From Sulfurimonas sp. (lineage in GTDB: Bacteria > Campylobacterota > Campylobacteria > Campylobacterales > Sulfurimonadaceae), in assembly GCA_027013295.1 (NCBI GenBank), contig JALUXP010000043.1:12101-76100 (forward strand): 64,000 nt of DNA, given 5' to 3'. Below are positions 27,846-36,441 of this stretch, in pieces (position 1 is the stretch's first letter; every line of letters begins with the position of its first letter). The translations under genes were made by a program, and so were the position numbers. The notes under the pieces are model-generated. The model was not told the origin of the DNA. It saw nothing but the letters and a program-made list of their open reading frames with translations, and made no database searches.

Positions 27846-30800
27846 CTAAACCTCTTGAAATTTTACAGATAAGATATTTTTTATTTTATCTATATTTAGA
27901 TTATTTTGATCTGTTTTTTGTCTATTTCCTATTTTATCTTTTATTATTTCCTCTATATTCTCATCATTGGATCTCAATATATCAGAACTTAGAGTTGAAA
28001 ACACTCCATCCTCCATAAGCTCTATCGCCTCATCAAGCATAGCATCACTGAGTATATCTTTTTTATTGTAATTTCTAAGCTTTATTTTTGCTTTATTGTC
28101 GTTAAGAGATGCTTGATTGTCCCCTTTTGTTTTTTTCATTGCATCTAGTGCATCTTGATATTTTCGCATATTTTTAGAGATAGCATCATCTATATTTGTA
28201 TTATCCATTCTCTTGAGGTCTTGACCTCTTAACGCCTTAGCCATCTCTAAAAAATCTATTTCAAAACTTTGTTTATCAAGCACTTTGTAAAATTTTCCCG
28301 TATGCTCATATTTTAGATATGAATATGTAGAGGCATCTCTCTTGGCATCATAGAAACTTAATTTAAGGTTGAATGGTAATCTCTTTATCTCTAGGTACTG
28401 CGTATAATGATGTTTTCTAAAATCTCTTATCTCCTGTAAAAAGAACAACTCTTCATCTAAAACTTCTCGTTCTTCATAAACATTAAATAAGCTTTTTGAA
28501 CCAACTTGTTCATCATTTGTATATATCTTATTATCTTCACCTAGCATATCATGAAAAGCTTGCAGTTTGTTAAAGGCATTGTTTGAGAGTTTTATAAGCT
28601 CTTCACTTTTAGCAACTGGCTTAAAGTTATAGACATCGTAACTCGTTTCACTCATTCCAATACGATTTATACGCCCTATTCTCTGCATCAGTTTTGTAGC
28701 ATTCCATGGAATATCGTAATTATAGATAATATTACTTCTATGGAGGTTTACACCCTCAGCAAGGGTATCTGTTGTCACAATGATGTTGTAATCATCTTTT
28801 TGATTTTCATAATTAGCATCAAAATTTTCTGCAATAGTTTCTAAAAGAAAATCTCGTGAACTTCCATCTACACACAAAAGTTTTTCTAACTTCAAATTAT
28901 CTTTCAAATACAATGCAGTATCTTTTGACTCGGTAAAGACTACTATTTTTTTACCCTTATGATCTGCTAGAATGGTTTTTAATTTTTCTATTTTTGGATC
29001 TTTATTTTCATCTACCCACTCAGACCAAAGTAGTTCTAAAAGTTTTAAATCCTCTTTGAGCAACTCTAAGTAATCATCATAAAAATCATCTTTATTGAAG
29101 ATATGCCCTTTTAACTTTCGCTTCTCTCTACTCTTTGCAAAATTAAGTTTCACTTCATACTCAATCTTATCATCAACTATTTGAAACTTACTATCATTGT
29201 CATCTAAAAATTCATTTGATCTATCACCGAGATAGATAATATCTTTCTCAAAATATTTTATAAACTTTTCTAATCTTTTTTTGTGCCTATAAAGGGAGAG
29301 TTTAAAGGCATAAAAGGAACTTTCAAACCTCTTGATGAGTAAAATTTGCATTAATTTTGCCAGTGGGTTATCATGAAATACATTGGCACTGATAGTTGGA
29401 TTTAAGCTTTTATATTTAAGCTTTCCCTTATCATTAAGCTGATTGAGTGCCTTAAATCTTGCATATTTCAAGGTACCAGAGATGAGATCTGCTGTTTTTT
29501 CATACTTTTTCGTGAGGGTATTATCCATCTCGTAATTACATTCTATTAACTCTGAGAGTTTTGGAAAGTTATCTATATCTTGTTTATACATTTTATGAGT
29601 TATTATATCTTCTCGGGTTCTTCTTATCATCACATGTTTCAATATGTCATTTTTTATAGCCTCTGATGGGTTAGAGACTGCATCAATGTTTGCTTTATCC
29701 ATCAAGAGATCAAACTCATCGGAGCGTTTTTTAAAATAGCTCTCCAAATCAGGAACAGTTCCAATGGTAGAATTTCTCCGCTCTTGGAACAGATAAAGTT
29801 GGTTTGCTATATCTTTTGGATGATTGTTTTGTGGTGTTGCTGAGAGTAGCATAACTTTTTTTTGTGATGGCAATTTACAGAGATTCTCAACCTCTTTATA
29901 TCTGGAGGTATCACTATTTCTAAATTTATGAGACTCATCTATGATAATAAACTTTTTATCTGTACTTTTTGGTATCTTACCTATAGATACTATCTCAAAA
30001 TTTTCTACACCAAACTCCACAAAAGCCTTTTTCCACTGTGGGATGATAGCTGGAGGGGAGATTACAAGTGTGCTGATATTGAGTTTTTTAACTATGAGTG
30101 TAGCTACTATTGTCTTTCCCAATCCAACTACATCTGATAGAAAGAAACCATTATGTTGATAAAGTTTATTGATACCATCATTGACCGCATCGCTTTGGTA
30201 TCTAAACTCTTTAAAATTTGCTGGGGTATGTTGCATATCCAATGAATAACTCTCAATTCTATCTCCAAAATAAGAGATTAAAAACTTCATATATATCTTA
30301 TCTAAGGTAAGTTCATATTGCTTTTGAACTTTCTTATTGATGTAAGGAAGTATATAGTGAGCAATATCTTTTTGAGTAAATTCTCTTGATTCATTCTCCC
30401 AAATATCATTAAATATCTTTACAGCTTCAACTATATCTTCACCTTGATTGAGCTCTATATTTATCTCCCTGTTTCCCTCACTACTAAGCCCATTATGTGT
30501 CAGATTAGATGAACCTGTTATCACTGAACCCATATAATTTATGGAGTCTTGCTTTTGTTTTGCTTTTGTTCTTAAGATATACATTTTTGCGTGTAAATTA
30601 TTGCGATTGAAAATCCTCATCTCTATCTGAGATGACAACAGTTTTTGCGATAAAATATCTATGTAGGTGCTATCTAAATTCGTACTATTTAGTATCTCTA
30701 TCTGCTCATTTGAAAACTCTTGTTTTATTTTTTTATAATTGTCATACGCCTCAAATACTGAGTCATCAATATCTATCCCTACTAAAATTTTAAGTTTTTT

Positions 30801-30959
30801 TACATGAGACAAAGTATCAATGATCTTATTAAAACCACTGATTCTAAAATATCCTATCATAAATTCTAAATATTCTATATACTCATCATCTAAAATATCG
30901 TTGAGCCTTTTTTCTAGACTATCTGTTTTGTCTTTATTTGTAAAAAATTTTGAACTCAT
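27846..30959 (-). CDS. PLD-like nuclease domain fused to SNF2-family helicase
   Basis: 1037 aa. N-terminal single HKD-type motif 'LHAKMYIL...GSVITGSSNLTHNG' (H123/K125). Helicase motifs 'DVVGLGKT' (I), 'IIIDESHKFRN' (II), 'LLSATPQNN' (III) and 'QRIGRINRIG' (VI). Confidence 0.85.
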   Translation of the reverse strand: MSSKFFTNKDKTDSLEKRLNDILDDEYIEYLEFMIGYFRISGFNKIIDTLSHVKKLKILVGIDIDDSVFEAYDNYKKIKQEFSNEQIEILNSTNLDSTYIDILSQKLLSSQIEMRIFNRNNLHAKMYILRTKAKQKQDSINYMGSVITGSSNLTHNGLSSEGNREINIELNQGEDIVEAVKIFNDIWENESREFTQKDIAHYILPYINKKVQKQYELTLDKIYMKFLISYFGDRIESYSLDMQHTPANFKEFRYQSDAVNDGINKLYQHNGFFLSDVVGLGKTIVATLIVKKLNISTLVISPPAIIPQWKKAFVEFGVENFEIVSIGKIPKSTDKKFIIIDESHKFRNSDTSRYKEVENLCKLPSQKKVMLLSATPQNNHPKDIANQLYLFQERRNSTIGTVPDLESYFKKRSDEFDLLMDKANIDAVSNPSEAIKNDILKHVMIRRTREDIITHKMYKQDIDNFPKLSELIECNYEMDNTLTKKYEKTADLISGTLKYARFKALNQLNDKGKLKYKSLNPTISANVFHDNPLAKLMQILLIKRFESSFYAFKLSLYRHKKRLEKFIKYFEKDIIYLGDRSNEFLDDNDSKFQIVDDKIEYEVKLNFAKSREKRKLKGHIFNKDDFYDDYLELLKEDLKLLELLWSEWVDENKDPKIEKLKTILADHKGKKIVVFTESKDTALYLKDNLKLEKLLCVDGSSRDFLLETIAENFDANYENQKDDYNIIVTTDTLAEGVNLHRSNIIYNYDIPWNATKLMQRIGRINRIGMSETSYDVYNFKPVAKSEELIKLSNNAFNKLQAFHDMLGEDNKIYTNDEQVGSKSLFNVYEEREVLDEELFFLQEIRDFRKHHYTQYLEIKRLPFNLKLSFYDAKRDASTYSYLKYEHTGKFYKVLDKQSFEIDFLEMAKALRGQDLKRMDNTNIDDAISKNMRKYQDALDAMKKTKGDNQASLNDNKAKIKLRNYNKKDILSDAMLDEAIELMEDGVFSTLSSDILRSNDENIEEIIKDKIGNRQKTDQNNLNIDKIKNILSVKFQEV

Positions 30960-31729
30960 CTACAAACCTCTTGTTCAACTACGGTGTTATACTTTTTTAT
31001 GATACCAAGTATCACTTTAACTCTTACATCATAACTTGGTTTTAGATTTTTTATCTGCTTTTTATAGAGATTGGTATTTTGATATTTTTCAAAAAGCTCT
31101 TCAATATTTTTTGGTATAAAAAATGACTTTTCCTTACATTTAAAACTCTCAAAAATATTCATACCCTCTATATCAAAATCTAAAAAAAACTCCACTTTTT
31201 TATCTTTTAAAAATTCTATTGTCAGGGAGTTTGAATATCCACCTAGGTATATAAAGCTATCATATTTAAATTGTGATGCTATGGTCTCTATATTTAAAAA
31301 ACTCTCGCCATTTTCTACAGCTACCAATCCCTCTACATCCTTAAAGTTTTGCAAATCTTTATTTTGCAAAAGTTGGGCAACTTCACCAGCTTTTTTCAAC
31401 ACAACTACATTGTCAAATACTCGAACATAGTTTGTCTTAGAATCACCACTGTATTTGATGTTATCTTCTCGTGTATCAGCACGCACAATTTTTTTTACAT
31501 CATCAAAGCATCTCACTTTTTTGCCATTTAAAAGTTCACTTGATACAAATTCAAAAAACAATTCCAAGTCCTCAATACTTGCTTTTTGTCCTCTCTTTGC
31601 ACTAAAAAAATAGCAACTATTGTCCTCTTGATACTTCACAATCATCTCGTTTAAATCCCGAACTATACTAAAGACAGGCTGTGTCTTTTCAAATCGTAAA
31701 ACTTGATTGAGAAGTTTTTTATGTATCAT
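30956..31729 (-). CDS. Toprim-fold protein resembling the JetD/MksG C-terminal (DUF2220) domain
   Basis: 257 aa with 'VAVENGESFLNI ... IYLGGYSN ... FFLDFDIEGMNIFE' (E ... GG ... DxD pattern). ATG directly follows the dnaE stop; ATGA overlap with the helicase gene. Confidence 0.55.
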   Translation of the reverse strand: MIHKKLLNQVLRFEKTQPVFSIVRDLNEMIVKYQEDNSCYFFSAKRGQKASIEDLELFFEFVSSELLNGKKVRCFDDVKKIVRADTREDNIKYSGDSKTNYVRVFDNVVVLKKAGEVAQLLQNKDLQNFKDVEGLVAVENGESFLNIETIASQFKYDSFIYLGGYSNSLTIEFLKDKKVEFFLDFDIEGMNIFESFKCKEKSFFIPKNIEELFEKYQNTNLYKKQIKNLKPSYDVRVKVILGIIKKYNTVVEQEVCR

Positions 31730-34700
31730 TTATAATATATCCACATTAACATTACCATCAAGGGCTTGGATGATGGAGGAGTTTACTCTTATGCCTGAGT
31801 TTATCACTACATTTTGCAGTTTAGAAGTGATAATGAGTTTGAGTTCGCGTCCCCCCGGATGTTGTCGGATGAGAGTGTAAAGCTCTTCAAGTATCTGTGT
31901 ACTTTCATCAAGTTTTATAGAGAGGGAGAGTGGTCCTTGTGGTATCTCTCTTACCTCTTTTTTGACTTTTTTCGTCTCTTTTGCAGCTTCTCTTAAAGTC
32001 ATAATCTTTGTAACACCTATGCGAGTGAACATCTCGGTATGTGTTATCTTAGCCTTAAAAGCGATGGGTTCATCAGTATTCATCTCTTTGAGTTGCTCTA
32101 ACTTATCTGAAAAAAGCATAATCTCTACATTGCCATGAAAGTCCATAAGGTTGACTATGGCAAACTGGTTGCCTTTTTTGCTTATCTTTGTCTCAATACT
32201 CTCGACTTTTCCTATGAAGACCACAAAACTATCATCTTTGACACCCTCTATCTCAGAGGAAAGTGTATAGTTTAACTCACCTATCTTTTCTCGGTACTCA
32301 TCAAGCGGATGCCCACTTACATAGAACCCTAAAGTATCCTTTTCAAACTCTAAAATCTCTTTAAGTCCATACTCCTCTGAGTTATTAAGCACCAACTCTA
32401 CTGTTGTGATCTCTTCATCATCCCCAAAGAGACTTCCCACTGCATTTTTCTTTGCTTCACTCGCTTTTTTTGCAGTATCGACTATGAGTTCTATCTGATC
32501 TAAGAGTGCTTTTCTTGAGTATCCAAACCTATCAAACCCCCCTGCTTTGACAGCGGATTCTATCACACGCTTGTTGACTTTTGATGGCTCAATTCTGTTG
32601 ACAAAATCTTGCAAAGAGAGATACTCACCATTTACCTCTCTCTCTTTGAGCATTGCCTCAATTGCTGCTCCACCGACCCCTTTTATAGCACCAAGACCAA
32701 AAAGAATGGTCTCCTGTCCATCTTTGTTTATCGCTGAAAATTCTAACTGTGAGTCACTAATATCTGGAGGGCTAAGCTCTATCCCCATCCGCTTTACTTC
32801 ATCTATGTAACGGACAACTTTATCTGTGTTGTCCTTATCTGAAGTAAGTAAAGCTGCCATAAACTCATTTGGATAGTAAGTTTTTAACCATGCTGTCTGA
32901 AAGGTTACCATCGCATACGCAGCGGAGTGAGACTTGTTGAAACCATACCCAGCAAACTTCTCAATAAGGTCAAAGAGTGCAGAAGCTAACTTATAGTCAA
33001 GCCCAAGTTTTTGTGCACCTTCTGAAAAAAGTTTATTATATTTCTCCATCTCTTCAACTTTTTTCTTACCCATAGCTCGACGGACAATATCTGCTCCACC
33101 AAGACTCATACCACCTATGATCTGAACTATCTGCATAACCTGTTCTTGATAAACAATCATCCCATAAGTTGGACCAAGCGTATCTTTTAGGAGGTCAAAA
33201 CTTACCTCTTCAAAAGGATAAAATACTTTTTTACGCCCATGCTTACGCTCAATAAAATCATCCAGCATTCCTGATTCCATCGGACCTGGTCTGTAGAGTG
33301 CTAAAACCGCAATCAAATCCTCAAAACTATCTGGCTTTAAACGCTTGTTCAAGTCTTGCATACCAGAGGACTCTATCTGAAACATCCCCACCGTATCACC
33401 CGTTTGTATCACTTCGTATACTTTAGGGTCATTTTCATCTATCTTGTGCCAATCAATATCTTTATCATAACGACGCTTTATCAGCTTTGTAGCATTTTGA
33501 ATAACATCGAGTGTTTTCAGTCCAAGGAAGTCAAACTTGATAAGGTCAACATCTTCAAGATAGTTGAGTGAATACTGAGTGACAAAGGTATCTTCACCTG
33601 CTGGCTTGTAGATGGGTGTTTTTTTCCATAACTCTTCATTTGAGATCACTACTCCCGCAGCATGGATGCCAGAATTTCGCTTCAAACCCTCAAGTTTTTT
33701 AGCAAATTCCCACACTCGTTTTGCAGAAGGGTCACTCTCAACCAACTCAACAAGCTTTGGTTCTTTTTGGTAAGCACCATCTATGTACTCACCTCTTTTC
33801 TCTTTCCCATTGAGTGTGATACCAAGTTCATCTGGAATCAGTTTTGCCATTTTGTCAGCCTGAGAGAGTGGCATATCAAGCACTCGAGCCACATCACGGA
33901 TCACTCCTTTTGCCAGAAGTGACCCAAAAGTGATGATCTGTGCAACTTGATTTCGTCCATACTTTTTAACTACATAGTCTATAACCTCGCCACGACGAGC
34001 CTGCATAAAGTCCATATCGATATCTGGCATACTTACTCGTTCAGGATTTAAAAAACGCTCAAATAGTAGGTCATATTTCAGGGGGTCTATATCGGTGATA
34101 TCGAGAGAGTAAGCTACTAAACTCCCTGCAGCTGAACCTCGACCAGGACCAACAGCAATATCCATCTCTTTTGCCACTTTCACAAAATCCCAAACTATCA
34201 TCATATATCCAGGAAATTTCATAGAGTTGATGATATCCATCTCAAACTCTAATCGCTCTTTATACTCTTCATGTCTCTCTTGTGGGACAATTTTTAGTCG
34301 CTTTTGTAAACCTTCTCTACATTTATAAACAAAATAAGCGGCATCATTTTTATCGGCACAAAGCATATGCTTTTTCTTTTGTTCTTCACTTGCATCTGAT
34401 GGAAGAGGAGGATCATCTTGAAAGTCAATATCTAAGCCCTCCTCTTTTGCATACTCTAAAGTAAACTTAAAGTTTGGAGGTGTTGGAGTTTTTACAACTG
34501 GTACGAACTCTTCTATCTTATCTACTATCTCTTGTGTGTGGGTTATCGCTTCTGGAATATCTGCAAAAAGTAAGGCCATCTGCTCGGGTGACTTGAGATA
34601 AAACTCATGTACGGAGTGACGCATACGATTTGGGTCATCAAAGAGCTTATTCATCCCGATACACATAAATGCTTCATGATACTGAGCATCATTTTCAAAT

Positions 34701-35356
34701 GTATAGTGTGTATCGTTTGTTGCAACAACTTTTATATCTAACTCTTTTGAGATTTTGAGTATCTGCTCATCTATAAAAAGCTGATCCCCTATCCCATGAC
34801 GCATAAGCTCTAAGTAGAAGTCATCCCCAAAGATATCTTTGTACTCCTGAGCAACTGCTAATGCACCATTGTATCCTAAGGCTCCATTTTTTACATTTCG
34901 CTCATTTTGAAGGTTTAAGTGCCAGTTAACTTCCCCTTGCAAACAAGCTGAACTACAGATGATGCCCTCGCTATGTTCACGGAGTTCATTTTTATTGATA
35001 CGAGGGAAGTAGTACATTCCCTCGATAAATGCTTTAGAAGAGAGATACATGAGGTTTTCATAGCCTATCTTATTTTTCGCAAATAAACAGATATGAAATC
35101 TTTGTTTGGTTGATTTATCGTCAAGGGTCTCACCATTGTGGATATAACCCTCCATCCCAATGATAGGTTTGATGTCCGCCGCTTTCATCTGATGGTAAAA
35201 ATCAATAGCACCAAACATATTTCCATGGTCAGTCATCGCCACCGAAGTCATACCTAATTTTTTAACTTGTTTGACTAAATTTGTTAGTTTATTTGCTCCA
35301 TCTAGGAGGGAGTATTCTGTATGTAAATGTAAGTGAGTAAATGGTTGTACGCTCAT
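31730..35356 (-). CDS. dnaE: DNA polymerase III alpha subunit
   Basis: 1208 aa. PHP N-terminus 'FTHLHLHTEYSLLDG', 'MTDHGNMFG', palm 'MPDIDMDF', 'GLLKMDFLGL'-type 'IKFDFLGLKTL', and an OB fold near the C-terminus. Confidence 0.95.
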   Translation of the reverse strand: MSVQPFTHLHLHTEYSLLDGANKLTNLVKQVKKLGMTSVAMTDHGNMFGAIDFYHQMKAADIKPIIGMEGYIHNGETLDDKSTKQRFHICLFAKNKIGYENLMYLSSKAFIEGMYYFPRINKNELREHSEGIICSSACLQGEVNWHLNLQNERNVKNGALGYNGALAVAQEYKDIFGDDFYLELMRHGIGDQLFIDEQILKISKELDIKVVATNDTHYTFENDAQYHEAFMCIGMNKLFDDPNRMRHSVHEFYLKSPEQMALLFADIPEAITHTQEIVDKIEEFVPVVKTPTPPNFKFTLEYAKEEGLDIDFQDDPPLPSDASEEQKKKHMLCADKNDAAYFVYKCREGLQKRLKIVPQERHEEYKERLEFEMDIINSMKFPGYMMIVWDFVKVAKEMDIAVGPGRGSAAGSLVAYSLDITDIDPLKYDLLFERFLNPERVSMPDIDMDFMQARRGEVIDYVVKKYGRNQVAQIITFGSLLAKGVIRDVARVLDMPLSQADKMAKLIPDELGITLNGKEKRGEYIDGAYQKEPKLVELVESDPSAKRVWEFAKKLEGLKRNSGIHAAGVVISNEELWKKTPIYKPAGEDTFVTQYSLNYLEDVDLIKFDFLGLKTLDVIQNATKLIKRRYDKDIDWHKIDENDPKVYEVIQTGDTVGMFQIESSGMQDLNKRLKPDSFEDLIAVLALYRPGPMESGMLDDFIERKHGRKKVFYPFEEVSFDLLKDTLGPTYGMIVYQEQVMQIVQIIGGMSLGGADIVRRAMGKKKVEEMEKYNKLFSEGAQKLGLDYKLASALFDLIEKFAGYGFNKSHSAAYAMVTFQTAWLKTYYPNEFMAALLTSDKDNTDKVVRYIDEVKRMGIELSPPDISDSQLEFSAINKDGQETILFGLGAIKGVGGAAIEAMLKEREVNGEYLSLQDFVNRIEPSKVNKRVIESAVKAGGFDRFGYSRKALLDQIELIVDTAKKASEAKKNAVGSLFGDDEEITTVELVLNNSEEYGLKEILEFEKDTLGFYVSGHPLDEYREKIGELNYTLSSEIEGVKDDSFVVFIGKVESIETKISKKGNQFAIVNLMDFHGNVEIMLFSDKLEQLKEMNTDEPIAFKAKITHTEMFTRIGVTKIMTLREAAKETKKVKKEVREIPQGPLSLSIKLDESTQILEELYTLIRQHPGGRELKLIITSKLQNVVINSGIRVNSSIIQALDGNVNVDIL

Positions 35357-35445
35357 AAAAGTTGCCTAAAATAATATTTTAATTATTATAGTGCAACTAT
35401 GCTAACTTTATCTTTATAGTCTTACAAAAAGAATTTATTTCAACT

Positions 35446-35526
35446 CGTTCCTATCGTCCCCGATGGGAATGCATACCACTAAAATAATTCATAAAGTATG
35501 CGTTCCAAAGCTGGAGCTTAGGAACG
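35446..35526. other. GC-enriched nested inverted-repeat element (possible structured RNA or REP-like element)
   Basis: Outer arms cgttccta(35446-35453)/taggaacg(35519-35526). Inner arms ggaatgcatac(35466-35476)/gtatgcgttcc(35496-35506) give 11 bp with one G-U. The hexamer cgttcc/ggaacg occurs three times. Confidence 0.5.
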
Positions 35527-35550
35527 AAGAAGGTTTTTGCTACTTTAAAG

Positions 35551-35883
35551 CTAATGATTTCTTATCTCTTCTTGAACAATTTTCTTTAGCTTTTCAGTTA
35601 AAATATTATCTTGCTCAGTTTTTGAATACATCGTAACCAAATATAAAGTATCATCAGTTTTATAATAGGTAATTACCCTAAATCCTCCACTTTTACCTGT
35701 TGGTATTGATGAATTTTGAATTTTAATTTTAAATATATTTTCACCTAAGTGAATCCCTAATTCAGGGTTTAATTGTAAATCATTTGTTAATGCCAGTAAG
35801 TCAGTTTTAATCTTTGGAAATTTCTTTTTTAGCTTTTTAGCATCTTTCTCAAATCTAGGGATTGTTTCAATATTAAAGTTCAT
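35551..35883 (-). CDS. Type II toxin, RelE/ParE superfamily
   Basis: 110 aa with 'RFEKDAKKL', 'GKSGGFRVITYY' and 'LYLVTMYSKTEQ', typical of RelE/ParE-like addiction toxins. 11-nt overlap with the upstream small gene. Confidence 0.65.
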   Translation of the reverse strand: MNFNIETIPRFEKDAKKLKKKFPKIKTDLLALTNDLQLNPELGIHLGENIFKIKIQNSSIPTGKSGGFRVITYYKTDDTLYLVTMYSKTEQDNILTEKLKKIVQEEIRNH

Positions 35884-36088
35884 TTAAAAATTCTTGAACT
35901 GGTCTTGAGGTTAATTTTCCTTGCTTTAAGAGTGATATTTCTTTTAATCCATCTTTAAAATTATTGATAATATCATCATTTGTATTATCTAGTTTAACAA
36001 CTTCTACACCATCATTTTTAAAATGTTCTAACATCCATAAAACTTTTTGTGCTATTGTTTCATTTTGAAAATTTACTGCTATTTGCAT
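35873..36088 (-). CDS. Putative cognate antitoxin
   Basis: 71-aa ORF immediately upstream of and overlapping the toxin, with RBS 'gaggag' 5 nt upstream. The family was not recognised. Confidence 0.45.
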   Translation of the reverse strand: MQIAVNFQNETIAQKVLWMLEHFKNDGVEVVKLDNTNDDIINNFKDGLKEISLLKQGKLTSRPVQEFLNEL

Positions 36089-36113
36089 TTTTACTCCTCA
36101 AATTCATTACTCT

Positions 36114-36119
36114 ATTATA
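36114..36119 (-). promoter_or_regulatory. -10 box candidate (TATAAT) for the toxin-antitoxin operon
   Basis: The minus strand reads 'tttttagaTATAATagagtaatgaatttGAGGAGtaaaaATG'. Consensus match only. Confidence 0.3.
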
Positions 36120-36421
36120 TCTAAAAATATAAAATTTTAGAAAAGATATTTTATCCCAAACTCATAATTTAAAAAATCATTATGCTTTTCTATTTTTTTA
36201 ATTAAGTCGAATTTTAGCTATCAAACCATAAAGCACGGAGTGAAAATGAGGATTTTATAGAAATTTAGTAGAATTGAGATAAAATACAACAAATATATCT
36301 TAACCCAGATTTTTTTAATCTTAAAAGTCAGGATAAGAATAGATTAGTCGCTTGTGTAGGTTTGAATTTGCAAGTGGCTCTATAGTATAAAAATAGGAGA
36401 TTGAGGAAGATTATTGAATCT

Positions 36422-36441
36422 GAAACCTCAAAGGAGGTTTC
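36422..36441 (-). terminator. Hairpin downstream of efp (weak terminator candidate)
   Basis: gaaacctc/gaggtttc 8-bp perfect stem with a 4-nt loop, 8 nt after the efp stop. There is no strong U-tract. Confidence 0.35.

Noticed and set aside
21476-29868. A8/T8 homopolymer tracts inside the island genes (about 21478-21485, 27183-27190 and 29866-29873), considered as possible phase-variation switches.
   Set aside because: A/T runs of 8 are frequent throughout this AT-rich, lysine-rich coding sequence. No poly-G/C tract of the kind typically used for phase variation in Campylobacterota was seen.
24537-30159. Plus-strand ORFs inside the methyltransferase and helicase genes (24537-24749, 26224-26436, 29928-30137, 29941-30159, 30820-31002, 31349-31531).
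   Set aside because: These are I/F/L/Y-rich artefacts of very AT-rich antisense sequence and carry no independent evidence.
18775-31729. Classifying the island as canonical BREX, DISARM, type I/III R-M or plain Wadjet.
   Set aside because: No PglZ, BrxC/PglY, BrxL, DrmA, DrmB (DUF1998), HsdR/HsdS or Res homologue is readable. The JetD-like gene is out of canonical order and is separated from the JetABC-like genes by two large R-M-like genes. I therefore report it as unclassified rather than force a label.
36117-36149. A 6-bp inverted repeat atatct/agatat upstream of the antitoxin gene, considered as an operator.
   Set aside because: The arms are only 6 bp in a pure A/T context, which is indistinguishable from chance.
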